Below are positions 1 to 9,563 of a DNA stretch of 64,000 bases, piece after piece. Origin of the DNA: a bacterium. Its GTDB lineage: Bacteria > Zhuqueibacterota > QNDG01 > DSAB01. A model generated the notes under the pieces. That model did not search any database. It saw only the letters and a list, made by a program, of their open reading frames with translations, and was not told the origin of the DNA. Every line of letters starts with the position of its first letter. Position 1 is the stretch's first letter. Where the stretch lies: positions 129,142-193,141 of the forward strand of contig JAFGDT010000086.1 of assembly GCA_016931965.1 (NCBI GenBank). Reading direction: 5' to 3'. The position numbers were made by a program, and so were the translations under genes.

Positions 1-129
1 TACAGCGATTCTTTTACCCGTAGGTTATTTTGGTCGAAGGTAAAAATCAGACAAAAAAAAGAAGAGAATAAAAAAATATAAGCATATTTGTGCACTTCAT
101 CCATTGAATCACTTGTTGAGGGAAGAGAT

Positions 130-666
130 ATGAAAAAGAAATTCGGCAAGACTGTGATTGAATTGATAGAAGGTGATATTACGGAAATGAACACGGATGC
201 GATTGTGAATGCGGCGAACTCACAGCTGGCACACGGAGGCGGCGTGGCCGGAGCGATTGTCAAAAAGGGAGGCGCCATCATCCAGGAGGAGAGTGATATA
301 TGGATCCTTGCCCGAGGGGAAGTTCCTGTAGGATCGGCAGCGATTACAACTGGTGGCCAGCTTCCCGCCCGGTACGTGATCCATGCCGTGGGACCGAGGA
401 TGGGAGAAGGCGGAGAAGATGATAAGCTGGTCATGGCAACATTAAGCAGCCTTGAAATGGCTGACAGGCACGGACTCAAATCCATAGCCTTTCCAGCGGT
501 CAGCACAGGGATTTTCGGATATCCCATCGACCGGTGTGCACACATCATGCTCTCAACTGTAATGGAATATATTCGGGAAGAGACAGCGCTTGAAAGGGTG
601 GTTTTCTGTCTCTTTGGGAAAGAGGCTTTTAATATATTTAAAAAAGCCTTTGAAGGATTGAAGTAA
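130..666 (+). CDS. Macro domain protein (ADP-ribose / O-acetyl-ADP-ribose binding-deacetylase family)
   Basis: ATG at 130 with a purine-rich SD upstream. Macro-domain motifs NAANSQLAHGGGVAGAI and GYVIHAVGP are present; the ORF-track N-terminal extension (from 88) lacks an RBS. Confidence 0.8.
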   Translation: MKKKFGKTVIELIEGDITEMNTDAIVNAANSQLAHGGGVAGAIVKKGGAIIQEESDIWILARGEVPVGSAAITTGGQLPARYVIHAVGPRMGEGGEDDKLVMATLSSLEMADRHGLKSIAFPAVSTGIFGYPIDRCAHIMLSTVMEYIREETALERVVFCLFGKEAFNIFKKAFEGLK

Positions 667-784
667 CATCCAATTTTTATTTAACAAATTGAATCAACAT
701 AATAGAAAGATAAAAATTTACTGTTAAATGTGTTTGATGAGACAAAAGAGCAAAGTCACACTGAGCGTAGTTGAAGTGTGAAAT

Positions 785-945
785 TCAAATAACAAGATCC
801 CAAACTCAAATAAGTACCAATACTACCAAGAAGATCCCAAATCCCAATATTACCAAATCAAATTTTTAAATACTTTTTGGATTTGGTACGTGGGATTTAT
901 TTGGTGTTTTGTAGTATTTGGATTTTGGATTTATTTTTTTATGTT
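785..945. repeat. AT-rich imperfect palindromic repeat built from (C)CAAAT hexamers, short copy of the family at 40065-40412
   Basis: The arm caaactcaaataagtaccaatactaccaagaagatcccaaatcccaatattaccaaat is mirrored by ggatttggtacgtgggatttatttggtgttttgtagtatttggattttggattt. It is near-identical to the arms of the 40.1-kb copy. Confidence 0.6.
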
Positions 946-981
946 TTTTTGCCTTATCATAATACTATTCCCTATTTTCCA

Positions 982-1836
982 TCAGACCCACTCTTCCTTT
1001 AAAATCTCTCCCTGTCTGCTGACGACAATACATTTTAACGGAACTTTTCGAGACGCATTTTCCGCCGCTTTTTTGGCCAGGCTGAGTAGACCACTGCAGC
1101 AGGGAACCTCCATGATGATTACGGTCAATGTGTTGATCTTTGCCTGATCGATCAGTGCGGTGACCTTTGCCAGATAGATATCCTGACCTTCATCCAATTT
1201 GGGACAGGCAATGGCCAGGGTCTTGCCTTTTAAAAACTTCTGGTGAAAACCGCCCAAAGCATAGGCCACACAATCGGCGGCCAGAATCAGATCCGATCCC
1301 TGAAAATGGGATGACATGGGAGAAATCAGATGGAGCTGAACCGGCCAGTGACTCAACATGGACGGGCTATCCACCAGAGATACTGCTGATGCACTCTGGA
1401 CAGACGAAAAAGAAAAGGCTTTCGATCCGGGACATCCGCCGTTCATATGTGCATGGGATGGATGACCAGATTCCTGCAGAACTGTTTCGGGGACTTTAAT
1501 ACTTTTCTCTTTCAAAACCATGATGGCCTCCTTTAGAAGATTCTCTTCATTATGTTCTTTCAGATGGATCAAATGGGCGTGAACGACATTGGGCCCTTGC
1601 TTGATGATGTTCTCCATTACCTTCCGTTCATCGTAAGGTTCCGCCTCCCGTTCCCCAATGGTGATGGCCCCTTCCGGACAATGACCGAGACAGGCACCGA
1701 GACCATCGCAAAACAAATCGCTGATCAACCTGGCTTTTACATCGATCATCTGTATCGCTCCCTCGGGGCAGTTGGGAATACAGAGACCGCATCCCGTGCA
1801 TTTTTCTTCATCGATATGGATAATCTTTCTTTTCAT
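982..1836 (-). CDS. 4Fe-4S dicluster ferredoxin-domain protein with a C-terminal Cys-rich domain
   Basis: CTGCGLCIPNCP and CDGLGACLGHCP ferredoxin motifs near the N-terminus; C-terminal CPKLD and EVPCCSGL motifs. Confidence 0.6.
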   Translation of the reverse strand: MKRKIIHIDEEKCTGCGLCIPNCPEGAIQMIDVKARLISDLFCDGLGACLGHCPEGAITIGEREAEPYDERKVMENIIKQGPNVVHAHLIHLKEHNEENLLKEAIMVLKEKSIKVPETVLQESGHPSHAHMNGGCPGSKAFSFSSVQSASAVSLVDSPSMLSHWPVQLHLISPMSSHFQGSDLILAADCVAYALGGFHQKFLKGKTLAIACPKLDEGQDIYLAKVTALIDQAKINTLTVIIMEVPCCSGLLSLAKKAAENASRKVPLKCIVVSRQGEILKEEWV

Positions 1837-1942
1837 GATTGCTTCCCTTTCAAATCAAAGATTCACTTTTCAAGGATAAAATATATTTTACCTTTCAAGA
1901 AATTTCCTTGATTTAAATCAAGAAAAGTGTATTTTTTTCTTT

Positions 1943-2584
1943 ATGCATATCAATCCCATTTCGATCATTGAACAGGCCGATTACTTTAAAAATTTGAGCG
2001 CTCAAAACAAACGCCGACTGGCCGATATCTGTCTCCTGAAAAATCTCAACAAGAAAGAGATCCTATTTTTGGAAGGGGACAAGGGGCATGCACTTTATCT
2101 CTGCGCTTTTGGATCAATTCAGCTTCACAAAACATCGCCCGAAGGTCAGGAAGTGGTCATTAAAGTGGTACGGGCTGGGGAAATATTCGGAGAGGTGATT
2201 CTATTTGAAAAGGAGCGATATCCGGTGACAGCAATCACCCTGGAAAAAAGTGCTGTTTTCATCCTGCCGAAAGCCCAATTCCTCTGCCTTCTTGAAGACA
2301 GTTATTTTAAAAAAGATTTCATTGCCAATCTGATGGCCAAGATGAGATATCTTGCGGAACAGGTACAGTATTTAACCTCATATGATGTCGAAGCCCGTCT
2401 TTTCCGGTTTCTCAAAGAGCAAGCCGGAAATAAAGAAGCGATGAAAATCGATCTTTCTAAAAAGGATGTCGCCTCAGCCATTGGGACCACACCGGAAACG
2501 CTTTCCCGGTTGTTATCAAGGCTCAAAGATGAAAAGAAATTGATCTGGGAAGGAAACAGAATTCAATTCAATCCAAAAATATAA
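1943..2584 (+). CDS. Crp/Fnr family transcriptional regulator
   Basis: cNMP-binding beta-barrel (GEIFGEVILFEKERYPVTAITLEKSAVF) followed by a C-terminal HTH (ASAIGTTPETLSRLLSRL). Confidence 0.8.
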   Translation: MHINPISIIEQADYFKNLSAQNKRRLADICLLKNLNKKEILFLEGDKGHALYLCAFGSIQLHKTSPEGQEVVIKVVRAGEIFGEVILFEKERYPVTAITLEKSAVFILPKAQFLCLLEDSYFKKDFIANLMAKMRYLAEQVQYLTSYDVEARLFRFLKEQAGNKEAMKIDLSKKDVASAIGTTPETLSRLLSRLKDEKKLIWEGNRIQFNPKI

Positions 2585-2613
2585 TCAACAAAACAAAGGA
2601 ATGAAAGTATCAT

Positions 2614-3954
2614 TTGTGGGAGGGAATCATGCTCGAAAAACTATTCAAATTGCAGGAAAAGGGAACCACTATCCGCATTGAAGTGATTGGGGGAATAACC
2701 ACATTTATGACCATGGCCTACATTATTTTTGTCAATCCGGCCATCCTCTCTGTCGATTTTGCGGGGAATCCGACGGGCCTTTCCCTCGAAGCAGCGATGC
2801 TGGCAACCTGCCTGGCTGCATTTGTGGCAACCACACTCATGGGCTTGTACGCCAATTTCCCCATTGCACAGGCTCCTGGCATGGGGGAGAATTTTTTCTT
2901 CGTCAGCGTGGTAATGACTTTGACTGCGATGGGCGTGGCCGATTCGTGGAAGGTCACTCTCAGCATCACGCTCATCGCCGGATTGATCTTTCTGATTCTC
3001 TCATTATTAAAATTCCGAAAAGCCATCATAGATGCGGTGAGTCCCAGTTTGAAGAATGGGATTGCTGTCGGGATCGGGCTTTTAATTGCCTTTATCGGTT
3101 TCCAGAACGGTCAAGTGATTTTGGGATCTGAAGGCACACTGGTCCAGTTCAATACAAATCTCCTCCAGGCAGAGCCGATTATATTCTTTTTTGGTCTCTT
3201 TTTTACAGCCGCCCTTTTTGTCCGGCATGTCCGAGGAGCAATCATCTGGGGCATTCTGCTGACCACGTTAATATCAATCATTGCTGGAAAAGTACAATAT
3301 TCAGGGATCATCGGATTACCCCAGGATCACGCCTTTTTCAGGTTTGATCTGATTGGCGCTTTAAAAGTTACCTGTATCCCTTTCATTGTGGTCTTTCTCT
3401 TTATGGACATGTTTGATACGGTCGGAACACTCATCGGTGTGGGAGAACAGATGGGGATTATGGAAGACAACAAGCTGCCCGGAGCCAACCGGGCATTGAT
3501 TTCAGACGCGGTGGGTACAGTGGTTGGATCCTGTACGGGTACCAGCACGGTGACTTCGTTTATCGAAAGTGTTGTCGGTGTGCAATACGGTGCGCGAACG
3601 GGACTGGCAAGTGTTATAACAGGTCTATTGTTCTTGGTCGCTCTGTTTTTCACCCCCATTGTCGGCATGGTGGGCCGGTATCTACCGATTACGGCTCCTG
3701 CATTGGTGATTGTGGGTGCCATGATGGTGCGAAATGTCCATAAGATTGACTGGGAAGATTATTCGGAAGCCATCCCCGCATTCCTGATGATACTGGGAAT
3801 TCCTTTGAGTTACAATATCCATGACGGTCTGGCTATGGGATTCATCGCCTATCCGGTCATCAAATTGCTTGCCGGCCGGGGAAAGGAGATCAACTGGCTG
3901 ATCGGTCTTGTAGCGGTCCTGTTTATTCTGAGGTATGTTCTGGTTAAAATCTGA
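2614..3954 (+). CDS. NCS2 family nucleobase permease (AzgA/PbuG-like purine permease)
   Basis: About 12 TM segments and the characteristic N-terminus EKLFKLQEKGTTIRIEVIGGITTFMTMAYIIFVNPAIL. The true start may be the ATG at 2629. Confidence 0.8.
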   Translation: MWEGIMLEKLFKLQEKGTTIRIEVIGGITTFMTMAYIIFVNPAILSVDFAGNPTGLSLEAAMLATCLAAFVATTLMGLYANFPIAQAPGMGENFFFVSVVMTLTAMGVADSWKVTLSITLIAGLIFLILSLLKFRKAIIDAVSPSLKNGIAVGIGLLIAFIGFQNGQVILGSEGTLVQFNTNLLQAEPIIFFFGLFFTAALFVRHVRGAIIWGILLTTLISIIAGKVQYSGIIGLPQDHAFFRFDLIGALKVTCIPFIVVFLFMDMFDTVGTLIGVGEQMGIMEDNKLPGANRALISDAVGTVVGSCTGTSTVTSFIESVVGVQYGARTGLASVITGLLFLVALFFTPIVGMVGRYLPITAPALVIVGAMMVRNVHKIDWEDYSEAIPAFLMILGIPLSYNIHDGLAMGFIAYPVIKLLAGRGKEINWLIGLVAVLFILRYVLVKI

Positions 3955-4103
3955 TAGGATTATTTTAATTGGTCTGAACCAGGATTCATAGGATTAAAAG
4001 ATGACCTGGATTCAAGCAAAATTTCGAAACACTGAAATATAACACATTGTTATATCCTGTAAATCCAATAATCGTAAAAATCCTGGTTCAGACAATAACC
4101 TTC

Positions 4104-4138
4104 TGGTACCCACGATCTGCGTGGGTGCCTTTTTTTAA
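4104..4138 (+). terminator. Rho-independent terminator hairpin (GGTACCCACG-ATCT-GCGTGGGTGCC plus T7)
   Basis: GC-rich 10-bp stem followed by TTTTTTT on the plus strand. It lies between the convergent permease and TonB-receptor genes and is part of the repeat family also seen at 6885-6913. Confidence 0.5.
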
Positions 4139-4142
4139 TCGG

Positions 4143-6323
4143 TCAATACTCAATCCCCACTGTGAAACGAAATTCCCTCCCCGGCAATGGATACCCGTCA
4201 GTGAGAAAAATCATTTTGTTCATTAAATTCAAACCTTGAAGTCTTACACCGATCTTCAATCCTGAGATCGCGATGGCCGTTCCTATATTCCCGTCTAAAA
4301 TTTGATAACCATCCAGGCTCGTCAAATTGTCTGCTGTCGTGTAGGACTTGCTCACAACTCTGTAATTGAGATTGCCATAAAAAGGCCCCAGTTTTGTACC
4401 CACAAGAATATCCCATTTGTTTTCTGGCCTGTAGATCAACCATTTACCCTTGTTTCCGGAACCTTTTGTTTCATTTGTGGCTTTCATTCTTGTGTAATTG
4501 ATATGGATATAGGCCATTTCTGAAGGCAATCTGAATTGAATTTCGCTTTCGATACCCCTGATTTTTGCTATGCCTACATTGGTCGGACGCCAGATCCAGT
4601 CCGTGCCTGATGCCCATGCAATCAAATCTTTGATATGATTGTTAAAATAGGTGACCTCTATCTGGAAAAATCCCCTTCCATAATTCGAGAAGAGAACGCC
4701 AACATCAAAGTTGGTGCCCTTCTCAGGATCCAGATCGGGATTGCCTTCTGTATAGGCATCTGCCGGCCAGTAAAGATCGTTAAATGTGGGTACCCGATAC
4801 GACTTGCCCACATTGCCTTTTAAAGCAAAATGCGTATTTTGCCCCGTATTGACCATGACACCCAGTTTGGGTGATGTACTGGAACCGACATCGCTGTAAT
4901 CGTCCCACCGAATGGCTGGAATCCAGATCCAGCGTGTCATTCCCAAATCATGCTTCAGTTCGATTTGCCCAAAAAGACTTTTCATCGTACGGCTGTCGAC
5001 ACGGATAAATTTATTGCTTGAAAGATCATCTTTTTGATAATTGATCCCGCCCGTAACTGTCAAATGGTTGCTCATCGTATAGATTCCCTGAACCTCGGCG
5101 CTGAGAGATTTATTCTTGTGAAGATCGTCGGTCGGTGGCCAATCATCCGGATTCATATAATGATAGTCGTAGGTGTGATATCCAGCCTGTTCTTTAAGAT
5201 AAAATCGGTTGGTAATCCGATTCTCAGATTCAACGATCAAAGCATTTCGCTTGATGTCGGACCGCGCAAGGGGGGTTGTTTGCGGCAGATCCGTCCAAGG
5301 ACTGACATTCACATTGCCAGCATTGCCGTTTCGGGTATGATAATAATGATAAACAACCTGAAATGTATTCAGTGTATTGATCTTCACCTTGCTTTTAAGG
5401 AATATATTGTCGGTTCTGGAATCATTATTAATCCGTTTTTCCAGGATTCCGGATTGGGGATCCTTGTACTTGAAATCACCGTCACTCTGTGTGCGGTTAT
5501 AACTTGCAAAAAGTGATAATGGCCCCAGCTGTTGCGATCCGCTGACCGTATAGATCTGTGTACCGAATGAACCCAGTGTCGTGTTTACGTCATAATTGAA
5601 TCCTTTCAGACCGACGATATCATTGGAGAGCAAATGAATCGCCCCACCGACAGCATCAGATCCCAAAAGCGCTGAATGACCGCCTTTGATAACCTCCACA
5701 CGTTGAACAGTGGCAAGCGGAATGGTGTTAAGATCCACACCACCCCCCTGAACCGTGTTCAACCGCATGCCATCCATGAGTACAAGCACCTGAGCCGCTT
5801 CCGATCCGCGGATGGAAGGTGTATTCAAACCAGCAAAACCATCATATCTGTTTGCATAAACACCGCTGATGGATTGGACAATTTCACCGGTCGTATTCCC
5901 GCTTAGTTCTTGCATGCGGATTTGTGTGAGAACGTCGATCGCAACCGTCACATTGGATTGACGGTGTTCGGACAGCGTGGCCGTGATCACCACTGGATCA
6001 AATTCAATGGCCTTGGGTTCCAGTTCAACATGAAGGAATTTTTCTTCAGGGATCAAAACGTCTTTGACCATAATGGTGAATCCAATAACGCTGACCTGAA
6101 TTTGCTGTCTTCCCTCGGGAAGGTTGTTCAAGAAATAAAAGCCGCCATCTTTTGAAACAGTACCCATTTTCGTATTGAGAACCACGATATTGGCATCCGG
6201 TATCGGTTGGCCTGTTTCTTTGTTGGTTATCGTCCCCGACAACTGTCCCCCAGCAGCCAGAACAGATTGCGTCACAAAGACCACTGCAAGTAAAAAAAAT
6301 CGTGCTGTTTTGTGTTTTAACAT
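4143..6323 (-). CDS. TonB-dependent outer-membrane receptor (BtuB-like), N-terminal carboxypeptidase-regulatory-like domain plus plug plus beta-barrel
   Basis: Signal peptide, CarbD_reg-like Ig domain, plug motifs (GVYANRYDG, IRGSEAAQVLVLMDGMRLN) and a C-terminal aromatic residue (GIEY). It sits immediately downstream of a cobalamin riboswitch. Confidence 0.85.
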   Translation of the reverse strand: MLKHKTARFFLLAVVFVTQSVLAAGGQLSGTITNKETGQPIPDANIVVLNTKMGTVSKDGGFYFLNNLPEGRQQIQVSVIGFTIMVKDVLIPEEKFLHVELEPKAIEFDPVVITATLSEHRQSNVTVAIDVLTQIRMQELSGNTTGEIVQSISGVYANRYDGFAGLNTPSIRGSEAAQVLVLMDGMRLNTVQGGGVDLNTIPLATVQRVEVIKGGHSALLGSDAVGGAIHLLSNDIVGLKGFNYDVNTTLGSFGTQIYTVSGSQQLGPLSLFASYNRTQSDGDFKYKDPQSGILEKRINNDSRTDNIFLKSKVKINTLNTFQVVYHYYHTRNGNAGNVNVSPWTDLPQTTPLARSDIKRNALIVESENRITNRFYLKEQAGYHTYDYHYMNPDDWPPTDDLHKNKSLSAEVQGIYTMSNHLTVTGGINYQKDDLSSNKFIRVDSRTMKSLFGQIELKHDLGMTRWIWIPAIRWDDYSDVGSSTSPKLGVMVNTGQNTHFALKGNVGKSYRVPTFNDLYWPADAYTEGNPDLDPEKGTNFDVGVLFSNYGRGFFQIEVTYFNNHIKDLIAWASGTDWIWRPTNVGIAKIRGIESEIQFRLPSEMAYIHINYTRMKATNETKGSGNKGKWLIYRPENKWDILVGTKLGPFYGNLNYRVVSKSYTTADNLTSLDGYQILDGNIGTAIAISGLKIGVRLQGLNLMNKMIFLTDGYPLPGREFRFTVGIEY

Positions 6324-6361
6324 TTGGAATCTCCTTCTTAACTGATTTGAGGGTCAATGAA

Positions 6362-6400
6362 ACCAACAAAAAACCCCAACCCTTCTAACTGGTTGGGGTA
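6362..6400 (-). terminator. Intrinsic terminator forming the riboswitch expression platform
   Basis: The minus strand reads ACCCCAACCAGTTAGAAGGGTTGGGGTTTTTTGTTGG, an 8-bp GC stem plus U-tract, between the B12 aptamer and the AAGGAG SD / ATG of the receptor gene. Confidence 0.65.
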
Positions 6401-6449
6401 TCATGATTCTGAATTGATCAGTCAAACCTCGCCCTCGAAGGTTGATTTG

Positions 6450-6650
6450 ACAATTCATTCCATGGCAGGTCTCCTGGCTTAGGGTTTATGGTAGAACGTC
6501 ATGCCTTCCCATCTGCATTGTGCTGACAGTGGCTTCTCGCTCTGTTTTAATATTCAGGCTTAGAGATGACGCCTCTCACCCATCACAGTTGCGGGGCAGC
6601 TCCCGATTCTCACGGGATTCCCTATTCTTTCCAAAATACTGGAACACCAT
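6450..6650 (-). ncRNA. Cobalamin (AdoCbl/B12) riboswitch
   Basis: The minus strand carries the conserved core AATAGGGAATCCCGTGAGAATCGGGAGCTGCCCCGCAACTGTGA, then GAAGCCACTGTCAGC and the B12 box AAGCCAGGAGACCTGCC. All match the E. coli btuB leader consensus. Confidence 0.85.
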
Positions 6651-6884
6651 TGAATGGCTATTTCAAAGAGCACCGACTTAATATATAAAATAGAATGTGG
6701 ATATGCAAGTTTAAAATCGTGTAATTTTCAAGAAAATTTTCACTCAGCAGGAATTCCTGCACCTCCAAATGTCTGAACCAGGATTTGTAGGATTCAAAGA
6801 TTACATTGATTAAACTGAACTAGAAAGTTACTGGCACCTACGCTCTGCCACGGCGGTTTCCGAATCGATCCGTTAATATTTACT

Positions 6885-6913
6885 TCTGGTACCCACGCTC
6901 TGCGTGGGAAGCT
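6885..6913 (-). terminator. Hairpin downstream of lepB (CCCACGC-tct-GCGTGGG), repeat-family member
   Basis: Second copy of the ttctggtacccacgNtctgcgtggg element seen at 4101-4127. It lies 17 bp past the lepB stop, with a weak U-tract. Confidence 0.35.
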
Positions 6914-6929
6914 TTACCTTACTTTCAAT

Positions 6930-7844
6930 TTATTGGATAATGTGGCCCATTCGACCTATTCGAATCGACGCCAATTTTCCAAATACATTCCAGGCTGGAA
7001 TATTCCCGTTCCAGGACCAGTAAATGAAAATCGGTTTACCAATAATTTGATGACGCTTCACAGTCCCCCAGTCCCGGCTGTCCAGGGAATTATCCCGATA
7101 ATCCCCCAACACAAAGTATTCATCAGAAGGAACGATCACCGGTCCGTAGTAATCGCGATCAAGAGATCTTTGTTGAACATTGGGATCGATGATTTTGATA
7201 TAAGGTTCAGCGACTGGCCGACCGTTGATTATGAGCACTTTGTCTCTGATTTCAAGCGTATCACCCGGCATCCCGACAATCCGTTTAATATAATTGATCC
7301 TTTCATCTTCTGGATATTTCATGATCACGACTTCACCTCTCGCCGGATTGGTCGTTCGATAGTAAAGCTGATTACTCAGCAAGAAATCACCATTCAGGAG
7401 CGTCGGTTCCATCGATCCGGTCGGGATACGAAAAGGTTTGATGATATTCTCTCTGACCGCATTGGAAACGGAATAATCAACAGCCAGAGAGATGATGATG
7501 ACGAAAAGATAGATGATCCATTTATTATAGGGTTTTAAACCATTTTCCATTGGCCGTTTTCTTGAGGTTTTAATCGCCTCAACGATAATACAAAGATGCG
7601 CAGAAACAGAAACCAGCAGGATGATGAAAAGGAGTGCGATGTTGATTCGACTGATCGGCTGTTTCATCATATGAAAGATGAAACTAAAAACAACACCTCC
7701 CCACAGAGTAATCAGAAAATTGAAAAACAATCCCTTTGTCGCCTGACCGTTATAAACCTGACCCAGACCGGGTACAAGATAGCTGAACAAACCCGCTATC
7801 CACCATTTTCTTTTAATTAATTTGTTATGATCGTCCATGATCAT
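6930..7844 (-). CDS. lepB: Signal peptidase I with an N-terminal polytopic membrane extension
   Basis: Box B (RIPTGSMEPTL), a catalytic Ser/Lys region and the C-terminal GDYRDNSLDSRDWG motif. An extra ~130-aa N-terminal region has 3 predicted TM helices and a PGLGQVYNG motif. Confidence 0.8.
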   Translation of the reverse strand: MIMDDHNKLIKRKWWIAGLFSYLVPGLGQVYNGQATKGLFFNFLITLWGGVVFSFIFHMMKQPISRINIALLFIILLVSVSAHLCIIVEAIKTSRKRPMENGLKPYNKWIIYLFVIIISLAVDYSVSNAVRENIIKPFRIPTGSMEPTLLNGDFLLSNQLYYRTTNPARGEVVIMKYPEDERINYIKRIVGMPGDTLEIRDKVLIINGRPVAEPYIKIIDPNVQQRSLDRDYYGPVIVPSDEYFVLGDYRDNSLDSRDWGTVKRHQIIGKPIFIYWSWNGNIPAWNVFGKLASIRIGRMGHIIQ

Positions 7845-7941
7845 TTCCTTTCACAAATGACTTTTAAATTGAATTGTAAAGAGACATTTTTTCATATCCA
7901 CTCTCAGATAATGCCCTTTCTGAAAAATCATTGTTCTGATT

Positions 7942-8184
7942 TTAAAAACCGAGCGTAAATATAGACAGACAACGCCCCCACGAAAACCAGGTCGTTGGAA
8001 TCAAAAACTGCAGGATATAGGCGGCTGTGACGATGATACCGAGAATATCATCCCATTGAACGACTCTTTTCTTGGAAGGAATTTGAGCATGCGATCGTTG
8101 ACCGACGAGCGGAGGATCAAGTGTCTGCAGTGACTCGATCTGATCTTTGTAATATCGACGCAACCATTTGTTAAGCTTCATCAT
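7942..8184 (-). CDS. Putative anti-sigma factor / small single-TM protein
   Basis: Overlaps the ECF sigma gene by 14 nt (translational coupling). One TM helix. No sequence-level family match. Confidence 0.35.
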   Translation of the reverse strand: MMKLNKWLRRYYKDQIESLQTLDPPLVGQRSHAQIPSKKRVVQWDDILGIIVTAAYILQFLIPTTWFSWGRCLSIFTLGF

Positions 8185-8731
8185 AGGATTCCAGTTCTTT
8201 TTTGATGGTTTGACGAATGTGATGGAGGCGGGATTTCACCGTCCCAGTGGGTATCTCCATAATTTGTGCGATATCCCTGCACTTCATGCCCTCATAGAAA
8301 CGTAAAAAGGCGATCTGACGCAAATCACAATCCAATGACTGAAGGGCTACATCAATATGCTGATGCAGTTCCTGGTTGAGCAATTGATGTTCGGGATTAT
8401 GTGAATGTGCATGGATATTTTCGATTGTTTCCCATTTCTCAACAGGGTGTAAATCAAGTTTCCGCTTTTTCAAATAGTTTATACAGTGATTTCTGGCAAT
8501 GGTGTATATCCAGGTATTAAAGGAATACCAGGGTTTGAAGCGATCGAGATTCTGATAGACCTTCATCATGATTTCCTGCAGCAGATCTTCGGCGTGATGG
8601 CGAATCATATTTTGAATAAAATAAAGCAGCGGTTTATAATACTTCATCCAGATGACATTGAATGCTTCCTGAGATGGTTTGAAACCCTGTGTTTGAAAAT
8701 AAAGTTGCCATGTCTCTAGCTGATTATGCAC
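8171..8731 (-). CDS. RNA polymerase ECF-type sigma-70 factor
   Basis: Region 2 (YTIARNHCINYLKKRK) and a region 4 HTH (CRDIAQIMEIPTGTVKSRLHHIR). Confidence 0.8.
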   Translation of the reverse strand: MHNQLETWQLYFQTQGFKPSQEAFNVIWMKYYKPLLYFIQNMIRHHAEDLLQEIMMKVYQNLDRFKPWYSFNTWIYTIARNHCINYLKKRKLDLHPVEKWETIENIHAHSHNPEHQLLNQELHQHIDVALQSLDCDLRQIAFLRFYEGMKCRDIAQIMEIPTGTVKSRLHHIRQTIKKELESYDEA

Positions 8732-8832
8732 ACGCTATCTCCATCTATCGATTTACACTAAGGTATACAATAAAAATGAAAAAGGGTTCAACTTTTTACT
8801 GAAATATTTTCAAGCCAACCGGAAAAACCCAT

Positions 8833-8873
8833 TTGACTTTTAAGAATAGATATTATAAATTAGGCATGCCTAA
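8833..8873 (+). promoter_or_regulatory. Putative sigma70 promoter (TTGACT ... TATAAAT) overlapped by a 14-bp DtxR/MntR-type palindrome TTAGGCATGCCTAA
   Basis: A perfect palindrome lies at 8860-8873, about 35 bp upstream of the dtxR-family gene start. It resembles the TTAGG..CCTAA DtxR box and sits next to a -10-like TATAAAT. Confidence 0.45.
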
Positions 8874-8907
8874 CTTTGTTAGAGCCATCTAATTTCAGGT
8901 GAATGCA

Positions 8908-9288
8908 ATGGCTTTAAAACTCACACAGAGTATGGAAGATTATTTGGAATCAATCCATCTGCTGGAGCTGGATCAGGGTAATGTGCGCATCAAAGATATA
9001 GCGGGAAAAATGGAGATCACAATGCCGAGTGTATCGAGTGCGATCAGAAATCTGGAAAAACACGGCTTGGTTTCCCATCCCCGTTATGATCTGGTCCTGT
9101 TGACACCAAAGGGAACCCAGATTGCCAAAGAGGTCTATCGACGGCATCGTATCATTCGCAATTTTCTCTCCAAAGTCCTGAGACTCAATGCGGACGTGGC
9201 GGATCGGGATGCCTGCTGTATGGAACATATCCTCAGCCCCGAAACATTTGAAAGTCTGATCCGCTATATGAAAGAAGAAAAAGAATAA
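8908..9288 (+). CDS. DtxR/MntR family metal-dependent transcriptional repressor
   Basis: MEDYLESI at the N-terminus, a winged-helix DNA-binding domain and a metal-binding dimerisation region. It is followed by feoAB. Confidence 0.7.
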   Translation: MALKLTQSMEDYLESIHLLELDQGNVRIKDIAGKMEITMPSVSSAIRNLEKHGLVSHPRYDLVLLTPKGTQIAKEVYRRHRIIRNFLSKVLRLNADVADRDACCMEHILSPETFESLIRYMKEEKE

Positions 9289-9327
9289 ATTCATCCAACA
9301 ATCATCCATTGTATCTTGAGGAATAAA

Positions 9328-9558
9328 ATGATTCAACCATTGACACTGGATCAGATAAAAAAAGACAAAGAGGTCGTTGTTGTTGAAATAAATGGAGGAT
9401 GGGGAGTACGTCAGCGACTCAACCAGATGGGCATCCATCCCAATGACCGAATCCAGATTAAGCGCAGTGGTGCAATGGGGGGACCCATTCTGATTCAAAT
9501 TCACGGAATAGAAGTAGCCATAGGCAGAGGCATGGCCAAAAAAATCGTTGTAAAATAA
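9328..9558 (+). CDS. feoA: Ferrous iron transport protein A
   Basis: ATG at 9328 with a GAGGAA SD (the ORF-track start is TTG). SH3-like FeoA fold. Confidence 0.75.
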   Translation: MIQPLTLDQIKKDKEVVVVEINGGWGVRQRLNQMGIHPNDRIQIKRSGAMGGPILIQIHGIEVAIGRGMAKKIVVK

Positions 9559-9563
9559 AACCG

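Noticed and set aside
6933-7538. 201-aa plus-strand ORF
   Set aside because: It is antisense to signal peptidase I, which has canonical catalytic motifs.
8908-9558. Split or truncated DtxR (short regulator followed by a separate SH3-like FeoA)
   Set aside because: 129 aa is normal for MntR-type members. FeoA has its own RBS and start and is the standard first gene of feoAB.
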